64,000 nucleotides of DNA from Eubacteriales bacterium (GTDB lineage Bacteria; Bacillota; Clostridia; Oscillospirales; CAG-272), in assembly GCA_045643285.1 (NCBI GenBank), contig JAZUKN010000014.1, forward strand, positions 7,772-71,771, given 5' to 3'. This document shows, one piece after another, positions 1-8,749 of the stretch. The notes beneath the pieces were generated by a model, which was not told where the DNA came from, searched no databases, and was given only the letters and a program-made list of their open reading frames with translations. Position numbers and translations under genes: made by a program. Each line of letters starts with the position of its first letter. Position 1 is the first letter of the stretch.

Positions 1-397
1 CGCGTCCGAGAGAATAGTAATAATTTTCGGCAATGCGCGAGAACTTTGTTGCGACGCGGAGCTTACGTGCGGTGTCGTCGACGAAATCTTTCTTTGCGGC
101 GACTGCCATACGGCATTTTCCGATGCCGAGGTCGCACAGCTCGTACACGTCCGGCTCGTATTCAAGGAGGATGTCCTTGCCTGCGACTCCGATGTCAGCC
201 GCGCCGCGTTCGACGTAGATTGCGACGTCCGACGGCTTCACCCAGAAGTAGCGCACTCCTGCCTCTTCGTTCTCGAAGATGAGCTTTCGTCCGCCGTCGA
301 GGAGAGCAGGACAGTCAAAGCCGGCGCGCTCGAACATGGAATATGTGATCTCGCCGAGCCGACCTTTCGGCAGGGCGATATTGAGGAGGTTGTCCAT
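1..397 (-). CDS. hisG: ATP phosphoribosyltransferase HisG (short form); C-terminal part lies outside the window
   Basis: Not in the ORF track because it runs off the window edge. Reverse translation from ATG 397-395 gives MDNLLNIALPKGRLGEITYSMFERAGFDCPALLDGGRKLIFENEEAGVRYFWVKPSDVAIYVERGAADIGVAGKDILLEYEPDVYELCDLGIGKCRMAVA..., a typical HisG N-terminus. It lies downstream of hisZ. Confidence 0.85.
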   Translation of the reverse strand, partial: MDNLLNIALPKGRLGEITYSMFERAGFDCPALLDGGRKLIFENEEAGVRYFWVKPSDVAIYVERGAADIGVAGKDILLEYEPDVYELCDLGIGKCRMAVAAKKDFVDDTARKLRVATKFSRIAENYYYSLGR

Positions 398-461
398 AGG
401 GATGCCTTTCTGATTTTTTGTCTTTATAATTGCAATATTTTATATTTAGAAAGATTGTTCA

Positions 462-806
462 CACGGCTACGCACGTAACCACATTTTTTTACCGTAGGGG
501 AGGGGTTTCCCCTCCCGCCGGATTTGCACAAACTCCACGGATTCCAACCACACGAACGATTCAACAAGCCGCCCTCTTTGAGGGAGGGGGACCGCTTGCG
601 GTGGAAGGAGAGAAAAATCTACGCTTTTGCGGCAAAAGGTAGAAAACACTTCGTGTTTTCAAATTGATTGCCACTGCGCGTGGGGCGCACAAGAAGACCG
701 ACGCGGCCTTCTTGTGAATCATCCCGCCAAAGGGGGAAGGGCTTCGCATTCCCCCTTTGGAATCCCCTTTGCTACAGAGTAACTGCAAGATTTTTGTTTG
801 CTTTGT
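462..806. repeat. Mosaic hairpin repeat, copy 1 (head hairpin at 492-520; tail abuts the hisZ stop codon)
   Basis: Module order on the + strand: cacggctacgcacg...; ccgtaggggaggggtttcccctcccgccggatttgcaca; aaaaggtagaaaacacttcgtgttttc (642-660); ccactgcgcgtggggcgcacaaga..tcttgtgaatca; ccaaagggggaagg..ccccctttgg; cccctttgctacagag; ..ctttgtctaattattc. Confidence 0.85.
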
Positions 807-810
807 CTAA

Positions 811-1896
811 TTATTCATCATTCATTATTTCTTTTCTTCTCGTCCGAATTGCCGCGGACTTTGCGCCGGATTCGCTGATTGCCGTGACGCTTTCACCGCC
901 CGCGCGTATCTTTTCGACTGCCGCCGACACTTTTTCCGGTGCCGCGCCGTCCGGATAGACGAGCAGAACGTCCGCGTCGTACTCGCGCTTCACGCCGAAA
1001 AACATATCAAGCGTATCGAGGTACACCGCAAAGCCGACTGCTCCGGACGTGCGTCCCATTTTCTTCATAAGCGAGTCGTACTGACCGCCCGAGAGAACGG
1101 ACGACGGTATCCCCTCGACAAAACCGCGGAACACAAATCCGTTGTAGTAGTGTATGTCGCCCGTGACCGAGAAATCGAGCGTGATCTTTCTGTTATCTTC
1201 GAGGGACGACAGCACTGTCCGAAAGTCGCCGAGCGTTTTTTCACTGACAACGCCGGTGAGCATTTTTGTGACGTCTTCAAGTACGTCTGCTACCGCGCCG
1301 TTTACCTTGACGAGCGAGCGTAGGACGGTGGATTTCTCTTCACCGATGCGCGCGAAAACAGGTGCAAGCTCGTGCAGATTCTTTTCTCCGATGCAGTGCA
1401 GGACTGTCGGTTTTTCACTGTCCGTAATGCCGCAGTAGCGAAGCACCTCCGACAGCACGCCGAGATGCGACACCGCGAGAACGTTCGACGGGCTTATCAC
1501 GTTGAGGGATTCGGACGCGAGCCGCATGACTTCGTAGATGCGGTATGCGTCAATGTCGCCGATGCACTCAAGTCCCACCTGCATAAGCTCGCGGAAATTG
1601 CGGCTTCCGCGGTCGACACGGTACACGTTTTCGTTGTAGTAGAGCTTTTTCAGTCCGTCGCCGTCGCGTGTGTTCTTGACGATCGAAAGCGTTACGTCCG
1701 GCTTGAGTGCGAGCAGCTTTCCCGAGCCGTCCGTGAACGTGATAACGCTGTCCGAGACGAGAAAATCCTTGTGCCGCGCGTAGAGATCGTACTCCTCGAA
1801 TTTGTTCATTTTGTACCGCGAATATCCGTACTGCCCGTAAAGCGAACGGAGCGAATAAAGTATGGATTCGCCGTAATCTTCCGTCGTGCGCGTCAT
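811..1896 (-). CDS. hisZ: ATP phosphoribosyltransferase regulatory subunit HisZ (HisRS paralog)
   Basis: ORF 811..1962 has a HisRS-like sequence (MTRTTEDYGESILYSLRSLYGQYGYSRYKMNKFEEYDLY...). Start moved to ATG 1896, which forms an ATGA overlap with the stop of the upstream yerC-like gene. Confidence 0.8.
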   Translation of the reverse strand: MTRTTEDYGESILYSLRSLYGQYGYSRYKMNKFEEYDLYARHKDFLVSDSVITFTDGSGKLLALKPDVTLSIVKNTRDGDGLKKLYYNENVYRVDRGSRNFRELMQVGLECIGDIDAYRIYEVMRLASESLNVISPSNVLAVSHLGVLSEVLRYCGITDSEKPTVLHCIGEKNLHELAPVFARIGEEKSTVLRSLVKVNGAVADVLEDVTKMLTGVVSEKTLGDFRTVLSSLEDNRKITLDFSVTGDIHYYNGFVFRGFVEGIPSSVLSGGQYDSLMKKMGRTSGAVGFAVYLDTLDMFFGVKREYDADVLLVYPDGAAPEKVSAAVEKIRAGGESVTAISESGAKSAAIRTRRKEIMNDE

Positions 1897-2186
1897 GATT
1901 TTCCGTCCTTTCTGAGCTTTTCGATAGCGGTTTTGTAGCCGCCGTCGCCGTAGTTCAGGCATTTGTTGACGCGCGAGATCGTTGCGGACGATATCGAGAC
2001 TTCGTCGGCGATCTTCTGGTAGCTCTCGCCGTCGTAGAGCCGTTCAGCCGCTTCAAGCCGCTGTGCCATGTCCTTGATCTCCTTTATCGTGCAGAGATCC
2101 TCGAAGAATTTGTAGCACTCCTCGACGGAGTCCATTTTTACTATAGCGTCCATCAGTCTGTCGGTGGACTCGGTATGAAAAGTCAT
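1893..2186 (-). CDS. YerC/YecD-family TrpR-like DNA-binding protein
   Basis: 97 aa. C-terminal HTH SYQKIADEVSISSATISRVNKCLNYGDGGY is typical of this family. First gene of the his transcription unit. Confidence 0.7.
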   Translation of the reverse strand: MTFHTESTDRLMDAIVKMDSVEECYKFFEDLCTIKEIKDMAQRLEAAERLYDGESYQKIADEVSISSATISRVNKCLNYGDGGYKTAIEKLRKDGKS

Positions 2187-2226
2187 TTTATATTATATTT
2201 CTCCCATAGCTTATTTTTACTTTACC

Positions 2227-2255
2227 ATTTTAGCACGGTAAAGTGATAAAGTCAA
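2227..2255 (-). promoter_or_regulatory. Sigma-70-type promoter for the yerC-like/hisZ unit (TTGACT-17-TAAAAT with TGn)
   Basis: Minus strand reads ttgactttatcactttaccgtgctaaaat. Confidence 0.55.
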
Positions 2256-2360
2256 TGTCTGAAGTGACGAAAATGTGTGAAAAACCGGATCGATGTAAGT
2301 TATTATTCACAAAAACCGAAGAAAAAAGTCCCGTGCGCGGTATATGCAGGCGCAGAAATG

Positions 2361-2389
2361 TTGACATATCGTGCGGCGCGGAGTATAAT
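2361..2389 (+). promoter_or_regulatory. Perfect consensus promoter TTGACA-17-TATAAT (DUF218 gene)
   Basis: ttgacatatcgtgcggcgcggagtataat, about 40 nt upstream of ATG 2429. Confidence 0.7.
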
Positions 2390-2428
2390 TTACGTAATAA
2401 ATGATTGAAAACCGCGCGGGAGGAGACC

Positions 2429-3655
2429 ATGCCGAACAAATTCAAGAGAATGCTTGCCGCTACGATAACGGTGGCACTGATGCTTGTCTCGTCAGCCGCC
2501 GCAGTGATACTCTCGGCAGGGAAAGTACCGACAACCGCGGTAGTGATGCTCGATATTATCGTTCTGCTCTCGCTTTCCGTTGTTCTTATGGCGCACGCAT
2601 TCGCCGACAGTGTGCGTGAGACTATATATTCATACGCGAACGTCGGATACATCGGCGGGATATTGTTCCTCACTATCCTTTTAATTTCGCTTATCGGTCA
2701 TTTTACGACGCAGGTGCGCTCAGGTGCGTTTTCGCTCCGCGCAATGTTTGATATGCTCACGGATTTTCCGTGGCAGTTCGCGGAATTTGCCGTTCCCGTG
2801 ATGTTCGCAGTCGTTATCATGCTCGGCGCGAGCAACATCGCACTCATAAAGCACGAGGGATTCAGACCGAAAAATCTTCTGAGCCTTGTTCTCGGAGGAC
2901 TGTATATCGGCGGTACTGTCGCAATATGGATCGCCTCGCTCATGCTTGAGAGATACGTTTTTGACGTTCATTCGTCGAAGATCCAGCTCGTGATGAATAC
3001 ATATATTCCGCTTTTCTTCATACTTATGATGTGTTACCTCGAATGTATCCTTGTCGGGTGCGCTATAATGGGATTCGTCGCCACGATGAAAGAACCGGAG
3101 TACGATAAAGACTACATTATCATCCTCGGCTGTTCGATAGACAAGCGCGGAGGACTGCTTCCGCTTCTCAAAGGGAGAACGAACCGCGCTATCCGTTTTG
3201 CGTGGGATCAGGAGATAAAGACCGGGAAAAGGTGCCTGTACGTTCCGTCGGGCGGACAGGGACCGAACGAGATCATGTCCGAAGGCTCGGCTATGGAGTT
3301 TTATCTTCTCTCGCACGGCGCGGAGCCGGACGAGATAATACCGGAGAAAAAATCGACGGATACATACGAAAACTTCCTTTTCTCCGCACGTCTTATAAAA
3401 GAGCGCAACCCCGACGCGAAGATCGCATTTGCGACGACGAACTTCCATGTTTTCCGCAGTGGTATCATCGCGCGAATGGCAGGCGTTGACGCTGAGGGAG
3501 TTGCCAGCCCGACAAAATGGTACTTCTGGCCGAACGGCTTCATACGCGAGTTTTTCGGCATACTTGCGATAAACAAAAAAGCACACATCCGTATGGCGGT
3601 GCTGACTGCCGTTTTGTGCATCGTACTCGGTGTGGTATCTTACGGGTGGATTTGA
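2429..3655 (+). CDS. Polytopic membrane protein with C-terminal YdcF/ElyC (DUF218) domain
   Basis: ORF 2405..3655. ATG 2429 is preceded by GGGAGGAG. Hydrophobic N-terminal half, then YIIILGCS...YVPSGGQGPNEIMSEGSAM...TDTYENFLFS...FATTNFHVFRSG, which is DUF218-like. Confidence 0.7.
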   Translation: MPNKFKRMLAATITVALMLVSSAAAVILSAGKVPTTAVVMLDIIVLLSLSVVLMAHAFADSVRETIYSYANVGYIGGILFLTILLISLIGHFTTQVRSGAFSLRAMFDMLTDFPWQFAEFAVPVMFAVVIMLGASNIALIKHEGFRPKNLLSLVLGGLYIGGTVAIWIASLMLERYVFDVHSSKIQLVMNTYIPLFFILMMCYLECILVGCAIMGFVATMKEPEYDKDYIIILGCSIDKRGGLLPLLKGRTNRAIRFAWDQEIKTGKRCLYVPSGGQGPNEIMSEGSAMEFYLLSHGAEPDEIIPEKKSTDTYENFLFSARLIKERNPDAKIAFATTNFHVFRSGIIARMAGVDAEGVASPTKWYFWPNGFIREFFGILAINKKAHIRMAVLTAVLCIVLGVVSYGWI

Positions 3656-3693
3656 TTTATTTAAGATAAAAATGAAACAAGGAGAATAACCAG

Positions 3694-4782
3694 ATGAAAA
3701 AACTCGGATTCGGTCTTATGCGTCTGCCGATGAACGGCGAAGAGGTCGACATCGAAACATCGAAAAAGATGGTCGACTCGTTTATCGAAAACGGCTTCAA
3801 CTACTTTGACTCCGCGCGCGTGTATCTCGGCTCAAAGTGCGAGAGCATCACAAAGGAAATACTGACCTCTCGCTATCCGAGAGAGAGCTATTTTCTCACG
3901 GGTAAGCTCTCGCCGTCGTGCTTTGAAAAAGAAGAGGACATCGTTCCGCTTTTCGAGAGCCAGCTCTCTGATCTCGGCGTCGATTATCTCGACTATTATC
4001 TGATGCACTCACAGCACAAAGGCAATTATCAGAAATTCAAGGACTGCCGCGCGTATGAGATCGCATCGGAGCTGAAAAAAACCGGAAAGATCCGTCACGT
4101 CGGCATCTCGTTCCACGACACTGCGGACTTTCTCGAAACTATCCTCTCCGAACAGCCGATGATCGAAGCCGTACAGCTCCAGTTCAACTACATGGACTAC
4201 GATTCGCCGACGGTGCAGGCGCGTCAGTGCTACGAGGTCGCACGCAGATTCGGCAAGGACGTGCTTATCATGGAACCTGTAAAGGGAGGTTCGCTCGCAA
4301 ACATCCCCGACGAAGCAAAAGCGGTCTTCGCGTCCGTCGGAAGTGCGTCGCCTGCCTCCTATGCGATACGCTACGCGGCAGGATTTGACGGAGTCATCTG
4401 CGTTCTTTCCGGTATGAGCACACCCGAACAGATGGCGGACAACATGAGCTTCATGTCCGATTTCAAGCCGCTTTCCGACGAAGAAAAAGACGCCGTCGAA
4501 AAGGTGAAGAGCATCATAAATTCAAAGTATCTCATCCCCTGCACGGCGTGCAAATACTGCGTCGACGGTTGCCCGATGAACATTCCGATACCGCGCCTGT
4601 TCTCGTGTCTGAACGGCAAAAAGGCTTACGGCGACGTTTACGCGAAGGCGAAGTACGACCACGTCACCGAGGAAAAGGGCAAAGCGTCCGACTGCATAAA
4701 GTGCGGTGCGTGCGAGGATTCCTGTCCGCAGAAGCTCGATATACGCGACCTGCTCGAAGAAGTCGCACGGGAATTTGATTAA
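3694..4782 (+). CDS. Aldo/keto reductase with C-terminal 2x[4Fe-4S] ferredoxin-type motifs
   Basis: 362 aa. AKR fold (FDSARVYLGSKCE..., YLDYYLMH, GISFH) followed by CTACKYCVDGCP and CIKCGACEDSCP. Confidence 0.75.
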   Translation: MKKLGFGLMRLPMNGEEVDIETSKKMVDSFIENGFNYFDSARVYLGSKCESITKEILTSRYPRESYFLTGKLSPSCFEKEEDIVPLFESQLSDLGVDYLDYYLMHSQHKGNYQKFKDCRAYEIASELKKTGKIRHVGISFHDTADFLETILSEQPMIEAVQLQFNYMDYDSPTVQARQCYEVARRFGKDVLIMEPVKGGSLANIPDEAKAVFASVGSASPASYAIRYAAGFDGVICVLSGMSTPEQMADNMSFMSDFKPLSDEEKDAVEKVKSIINSKYLIPCTACKYCVDGCPMNIPIPRLFSCLNGKKAYGDVYAKAKYDHVTEEKGKASDCIKCGACEDSCPQKLDIRDLLEEVAREFD

Positions 4783-4784
4783 AA

Positions 4785-4820
4785 AGAAAAAACGTCTCTC
4801 ACGAGGCGTTTTTCTTTGTT
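4785..4820. terminator. Bidirectional intrinsic terminator between the AKR gene and the small convergent gene
   Basis: A-run, stem aacgtctc/gaggcgtt (one G-U pair), T-run. Confidence 0.6.
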
Positions 4821-4830
4821 TTGTGCAGTT

Positions 4831-5067
4831 TTATTTCGCTTTTTTCGCGCATTTCGGAGCGGATTTTGCCGCTTTTGCAGGCTTCGATTCCGCTTTTTCT
4901 GTTTTCTTTCCGGCGTGGAATTTTCTGTACGCCTTGTCGCACGGATTTTCGAGCGTCTTGTCGCATTTCTCGCAGAAGTCGAACGTGCCGCACGCATCCG
5001 CGCCAAGTTCTTCGCTCTTCTTCCATTTCATTTCGTCGAGCTCTTGCTGTTTCTTTGTGAGTGCCAT
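4831..5067 (-). CDS. Small Cys-containing, Lys-rich hypothetical protein (78 aa)
   Basis: ORF with GGAGG RBS and a perfect consensus promoter upstream (5101-5129). Cys pattern CGTFDFCEKCDKTLENPCDK and a Lys/Ala-rich tail. No family recognised. Confidence 0.55.
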   Translation of the reverse strand: MALTKKQQELDEMKWKKSEELGADACGTFDFCEKCDKTLENPCDKAYRKFHAGKKTEKAESKPAKAAKSAPKCAKKAK

Positions 5068-5100
5068 ATTTTTCCTCCACTTAATAATTCAAACGCACGG

Positions 5101-5129
5101 ATTATACCATATTCGCCGCACGTTGTCAA
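5101..5129 (-). promoter_or_regulatory. Perfect consensus promoter TTGACA-17-TATAAT with extended -10 TG (small Cys/Lys-rich protein)
   Basis: Minus strand reads ttgacaacgtgcggcgaatatggtataat. Confidence 0.7.
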
Positions 5130-5201
5130 TATGACCGAAAGTGTGAAAACGCTGAAAAACCGCTATGAAACCGTGTTCTTTACAGTTATTACGTACATAT
5201 G

Positions 5202-7430
5202 CTATTCTACAACTGTAGTAATTATCTCTTCTCCGTTCACGCAGACCGTGACTTTTTCGCCTGCTTTTCCGTGGAGTGCGAACGAGACGACCTTGCCGTT
5301 TTTCCATTCGCAGTCGACCGAATAGCCGCCGCGCGCTCTTAGACCTCTGAACGAGCCGGACCGCCATTCTTCGTCTGTCGGCAGTGCAGGCAGAAGCGTT
5401 ACTTTTCCTCCGTGGCTCTGGATAAGCATTTCCGCTATCGCCGCAGTGCCTCCGAAGTTACCGTCTATCTGGAACGGCGGATGATTGTCGAACATATTCG
5501 GGAGCGTGCAGTTTCCGATAAGCCCCGTGAGGTTCGAGAGTGCCGAGTCGCCGTCGCCGAGCCGTGCGAAGAAGAGCGTTATCCACGCCTTTGACCAGCC
5601 TGTGTGACCGCCTCCGTGCGATAGCCGCCGCTCAAGCGTCACTCTTGCCGCGTCGCAAAGCTCCGGTTTTGACGGATTTATCTCGTCACCGGGGAAGAGT
5701 GCGAATAACTGAGAAATGTGCCTGTGTCCGGGTTCGGGTTCGTCGAAGTCCTCGCTCCATTCCATGATCTGCCCGTGCTTGCCGATTCCGAGCGGCGCGA
5801 GAAGTGATATTTTCTCTCTTAATTCGTCCGCAAAGTCTGCATCTTTTCCGAGGATATCGCACGTTTCTGCCGTCATCGAGAACAGCGCGCGGATTATCTC
5901 GTTGTCGATAGTCGGTGCGGCACAGATTGAGTGGCGTTCGCCGTTTTCGGTGAAGAAAGAGTTTTCGGGGGAGTTCGACGGACACGTTGCAAGACAGCCC
6001 GTGCGCGGGTCGACGACGAGAAAATCAAGGAAGAATTCGCACGCGCCGCGCAGAATGTCGTAATTGTCGCGCAGTACCGCCGTGTCGTTCGAGAACAGAT
6101 AGCGTTCCCATATATGCAGACAGCACCACGCACCGGCGCACATGAACGAGCCCCACGATGCGCCCTCACCCGGGGAAGTGAAGCCCCACGGATTTGTGAT
6201 AGTGTGCGCTACCCAGCCGCTTGCATTGTACTGTACCTTGGCCGTCTGTCTGCCGTGCTCCGAGATGAAACGGATGTGATCGAAGAACGGCTTTATCAGT
6301 TCCGGCAGACCGCACGTTTCGGCGAGCCAATAGTTCATCTGAATGTTGATGTTGATGTGATAGTCCGCGCCCCACGGTGTGTTGTATCCCTCAGCCCACA
6401 CGCCTTGCAAATTTGCGGGCAGTCGGCAGTTATACGACGAGCAGATCAGCAAATACCGCCCGAACGCGAAGTAGAGGAGCGCGAGTCCGGTGTCCTTTTC
6501 GCCGGATTTCACGCGGAGGATACGCTCGTTCGTCGGTATGGGAGAGTCGGTTTCGATCCCGTCGAGCGAGATGACCGCGCGTCCGAGCAGGGAAGACAGT
6601 ATTTCCGCGGATTTACTATACCTTTCACCGAACGTGCCGCTGATCCCGTCGACTGCCCTCTTTGCGAGAGCGAACGGGACTTCGGGATCGGATTCGGGGA
6701 GCGGCAGTCCACCCGGCTTTGGCGGAACGTAGCCCGTGCGGATGTCGACCGTTACGGTGAGCCGTGTAACGCCCTCGAAAGTGATACCGCTCTGCGCCAC
6801 TGTTGCCGTTCCGTCGTGCGTGAATCTTCCGTATACTGCATAAGCCTCACCGCGTTCGTAGGCATATTTCAGCGAGAACGAATCGTGGGCATATTCGGCT
6901 GTTGCGTATTGATTTTCGTAGCGGAAACAGACCGAAAACGGCTTGTCAGACGTGTATTCCGCCGAGAAAACGCCGTCGTCAAGGGACGTGAAAAACCGTC
7001 TGACGTGATGTGCGCCGTTTTCGGTGAACGATGTTTCGGACAGTCCGCCGTCGAGCGTGAGAGTGCGGGAATAATCGCTTATCAAACCTTCATCGAGCGT
7101 CGGAAAGTCGAAGAACATCTCTCCTGCGATCTGGAACGCACCGTAGTCGGGACCGTGCGAGCCGTCCGAGCCGCAGACCATGTATTTCATCGTCAGTTCT
7201 TCGCCTGTTTTGTAGTCGCCCGAGAAGATTGCGTTCCGTATCTCGTCGAGATGCGCAGGACATTCGGCGTTGTCCTGGAGTTTATCATACCTGCCACTCC
7301 ATAGGGACTCTTCGCAGAGCGTTATCCTGTCGCGCGAGATGCCGCCCCACACAGTTGCGCCGATCCGTCCGTTTCCGAGCGGAAGCGATTCCGTCCACAC
7401 GGAAGCCGGAGACGTGTAATGTAATTTCAT
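5202..7430 (-). CDS. Glycoside hydrolase family 95 (alpha-L-fucosidase-like)
   Basis: ORF 5202..7493. Start moved to ATG 7430 ([30 protein letters not shown], the canonical GH95 N-terminus) because the longer form would overlap acpP. Confidence 0.8.
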   Translation of the reverse strand: MKLHYTSPASVWTESLPLGNGRIGATVWGGISRDRITLCEESLWSGRYDKLQDNAECPAHLDEIRNAIFSGDYKTGEELTMKYMVCGSDGSHGPDYGAFQIAGEMFFDFPTLDEGLISDYSRTLTLDGGLSETSFTENGAHHVRRFFTSLDDGVFSAEYTSDKPFSVCFRYENQYATAEYAHDSFSLKYAYERGEAYAVYGRFTHDGTATVAQSGITFEGVTRLTVTVDIRTGYVPPKPGGLPLPESDPEVPFALAKRAVDGISGTFGERYSKSAEILSSLLGRAVISLDGIETDSPIPTNERILRVKSGEKDTGLALLYFAFGRYLLICSSYNCRLPANLQGVWAEGYNTPWGADYHININIQMNYWLAETCGLPELIKPFFDHIRFISEHGRQTAKVQYNASGWVAHTITNPWGFTSPGEGASWGSFMCAGAWCCLHIWERYLFSNDTAVLRDNYDILRGACEFFLDFLVVDPRTGCLATCPSNSPENSFFTENGERHSICAAPTIDNEIIRALFSMTAETCDILGKDADFADELREKISLLAPLGIGKHGQIMEWSEDFDEPEPGHRHISQLFALFPGDEINPSKPELCDAARVTLERRLSHGGGHTGWSKAWITLFFARLGDGDSALSNLTGLIGNCTLPNMFDNHPPFQIDGNFGGTAAIAEMLIQSHGGKVTLLPALPTDEEWRSGSFRGLRARGGYSVDCEWKNGKVVSFALHGKAGEKVTVCVNGEEIITTVVE

Positions 7431-7464
7431 AATGTTATTATTCCTGTAGGATAGATTCTTCCGC

Positions 7465-7689
7465 TTATTCTTTGCTTTCGAGGAACGAGACAACGTCGCC
7501 GACTGTCGAGAATTTTGCGAGCTCTTCGTCGGGAACGGTGATGCCTTTTACTTCTTCGATAGTCATGAGAAGCTGGAGGATGTCGAGCGAGTCAGCGCCG
7601 AGGTCTTCTTTGATTCTCGACTCCGATGTAACGCGGCTTTCGTCGAGCTTGAGCTGTTCTGCGAGGATCTTTTTTACTTCTTCAAACAT
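7465..7689 (-). CDS. acpP: Acyl carrier protein
   Basis: 74 aa with [11 protein letters not shown] phosphopantetheine site. Directly downstream of plsX. Confidence 0.9.
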   Translation of the reverse strand: MFEEVKKILAEQLKLDESRVTSESRIKEDLGADSLDILQLLMTIEEVKGITVPDEELAKFSTVGDVVSFLESKE

Positions 7690-7716
7690 GGTGTGTTCTC
7701 CTTTAAGTTAAAATAA

Positions 7717-8748
7717 TTATTGATTATCATTCTCAGTCGGCTTTTCTGCGATCTCTGCGAGGGACGCGGAGATTTTTTCGCCGATTTTGTTTTTTTCCAT
7801 GCGGTACGCCTGCTCGATGCACTTCGACACCGCGACGGCACCGGACGAGCCGTGTCCCTTGACTACGGTCTTTTCGCATCCGAGAAGCACGCTTCCGCCG
7901 TAGTTCTGGTAGTCCATGAACGCTTTTTCTTCCATGAACATTTTCTTCATAAACGCCGCGCCGATTTTGTACTGAGGCTTCGACATTATGTCTTTTTTGA
8001 TTTTCTTTAGCAGTTCAAGCGCAACGCCCTCTGTTGTTTTCGTCAGTACGTTGCCGGAGAAGCCGTCGCAAACCACGAGATCGTATTTTCCCGACAGCAG
8101 GTCGCGGCTTTCCATGTTCCCGACGAAGTTTATCGACTCGCACGACTGAAGAAGCGGGTACGCTGTCTTTCTGAGGTCGTCGCCTTTTTCGGTTTCCGTG
8201 CCGATGTTCAGCATGGCGACGCGCGGATTTACTATACCGTAGCAGCATTCGAGATAACGGCTGCCCATTATCGCAAATTCGACGAGCTGAGTGGGGATAA
8301 TGTCAACATTCGCGCCGCTGTCGCAGATACCGACGATCCCGCCTGCCATTGTCGGCAGAATAGGGCAAAACGCAGGACGGCGGATGCCGCGGATGCGTCC
8401 GATGCGTAGAGTCGACGCCGCCACAAGTGCGCCCGTTGCGCCTGTTGAGACGAGTGCTTTGATTTCACTGTCTTCTCTCAGCAGTCGTATCGCGCGGATC
8501 ATCGAGCTGTCTTTTTTGAGGCGTATCGCGTCTGTCGGCTTGTCTTCTCCCGTGATAACTTCGGGCGCGTGGACGATCTCTATTCTGTCGCCGGTGTAGC
8601 CGAGACGGTCAAGCTCAGGTTTTATCACATTTTCGTCACCCGTGAGGACGAGCGAAACATCTTCGAGATTTTTGAGCGCGAGGACTGAGCCTTCGATATT
8701 CGCCGACGGGCTTTTGTCTCCGCCGAGCGTGTCAATTACTATTTTCAT
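7717..8748 (-). CDS. plsX: Phosphate acyltransferase PlsX
   Basis: ORF 7717..8763. MKIVIDTLGGDKSP start at 8748, typical PlsX sequence throughout. Confidence 0.9.
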   Translation of the reverse strand: MKIVIDTLGGDKSPSANIEGSVLALKNLEDVSLVLTGDENVIKPELDRLGYTGDRIEIVHAPEVITGEDKPTDAIRLKKDSSMIRAIRLLREDSEIKALVSTGATGALVAASTLRIGRIRGIRRPAFCPILPTMAGGIVGICDSGANVDIIPTQLVEFAIMGSRYLECCYGIVNPRVAMLNIGTETEKGDDLRKTAYPLLQSCESINFVGNMESRDLLSGKYDLVVCDGFSGNVLTKTTEGVALELLKKIKKDIMSKPQYKIGAAFMKKMFMEEKAFMDYQNYGGSVLLGCEKTVVKGHGSSGAVAVSKCIEQAYRMEKNKIGEKISASLAEIAEKPTENDNQ

Positions 8749-8749
8749 T

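Noticed and set aside
462-806. Calling the mosaic repeats MITEs or IS remnants.
   Set aside because: By eye I could not find terminal inverted repeats, target-site duplications or any transposase/RAYT gene in the window. Mobility remains an open hypothesis (see the findings), not an annotation.
4779-5325. Alternative ORFs overlapping the small Cys/Lys-rich gene region (4799..5080 -, 4779..5006 -, 4816..5325 +, 4706..5134 +).
   Set aside because: Only the 4831..5067 frame has an RBS, a consensus promoter and a non-degenerate sequence with a Cys motif. The others are low-complexity Arg/Phe/Ser-rich frames of the same Lys-codon-rich DNA.
5931-7304. Other long antisense ORFs: 5931..7304 (+), 8642..9661 (+), 39583..40776 (-), 45658..46848 (+), 50830..51771 (-), 55723..56901 (-), 59200..60297 (-), 44431..45228 (+), 13244..13720 (+).
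   Set aside because: Each lies opposite a confidently identified gene (GH95, GNAT/PlsX, alaS, ABC-F, GH20-like, GlpA-like, malQ, xylA, GT28) and shows no family resemblance.
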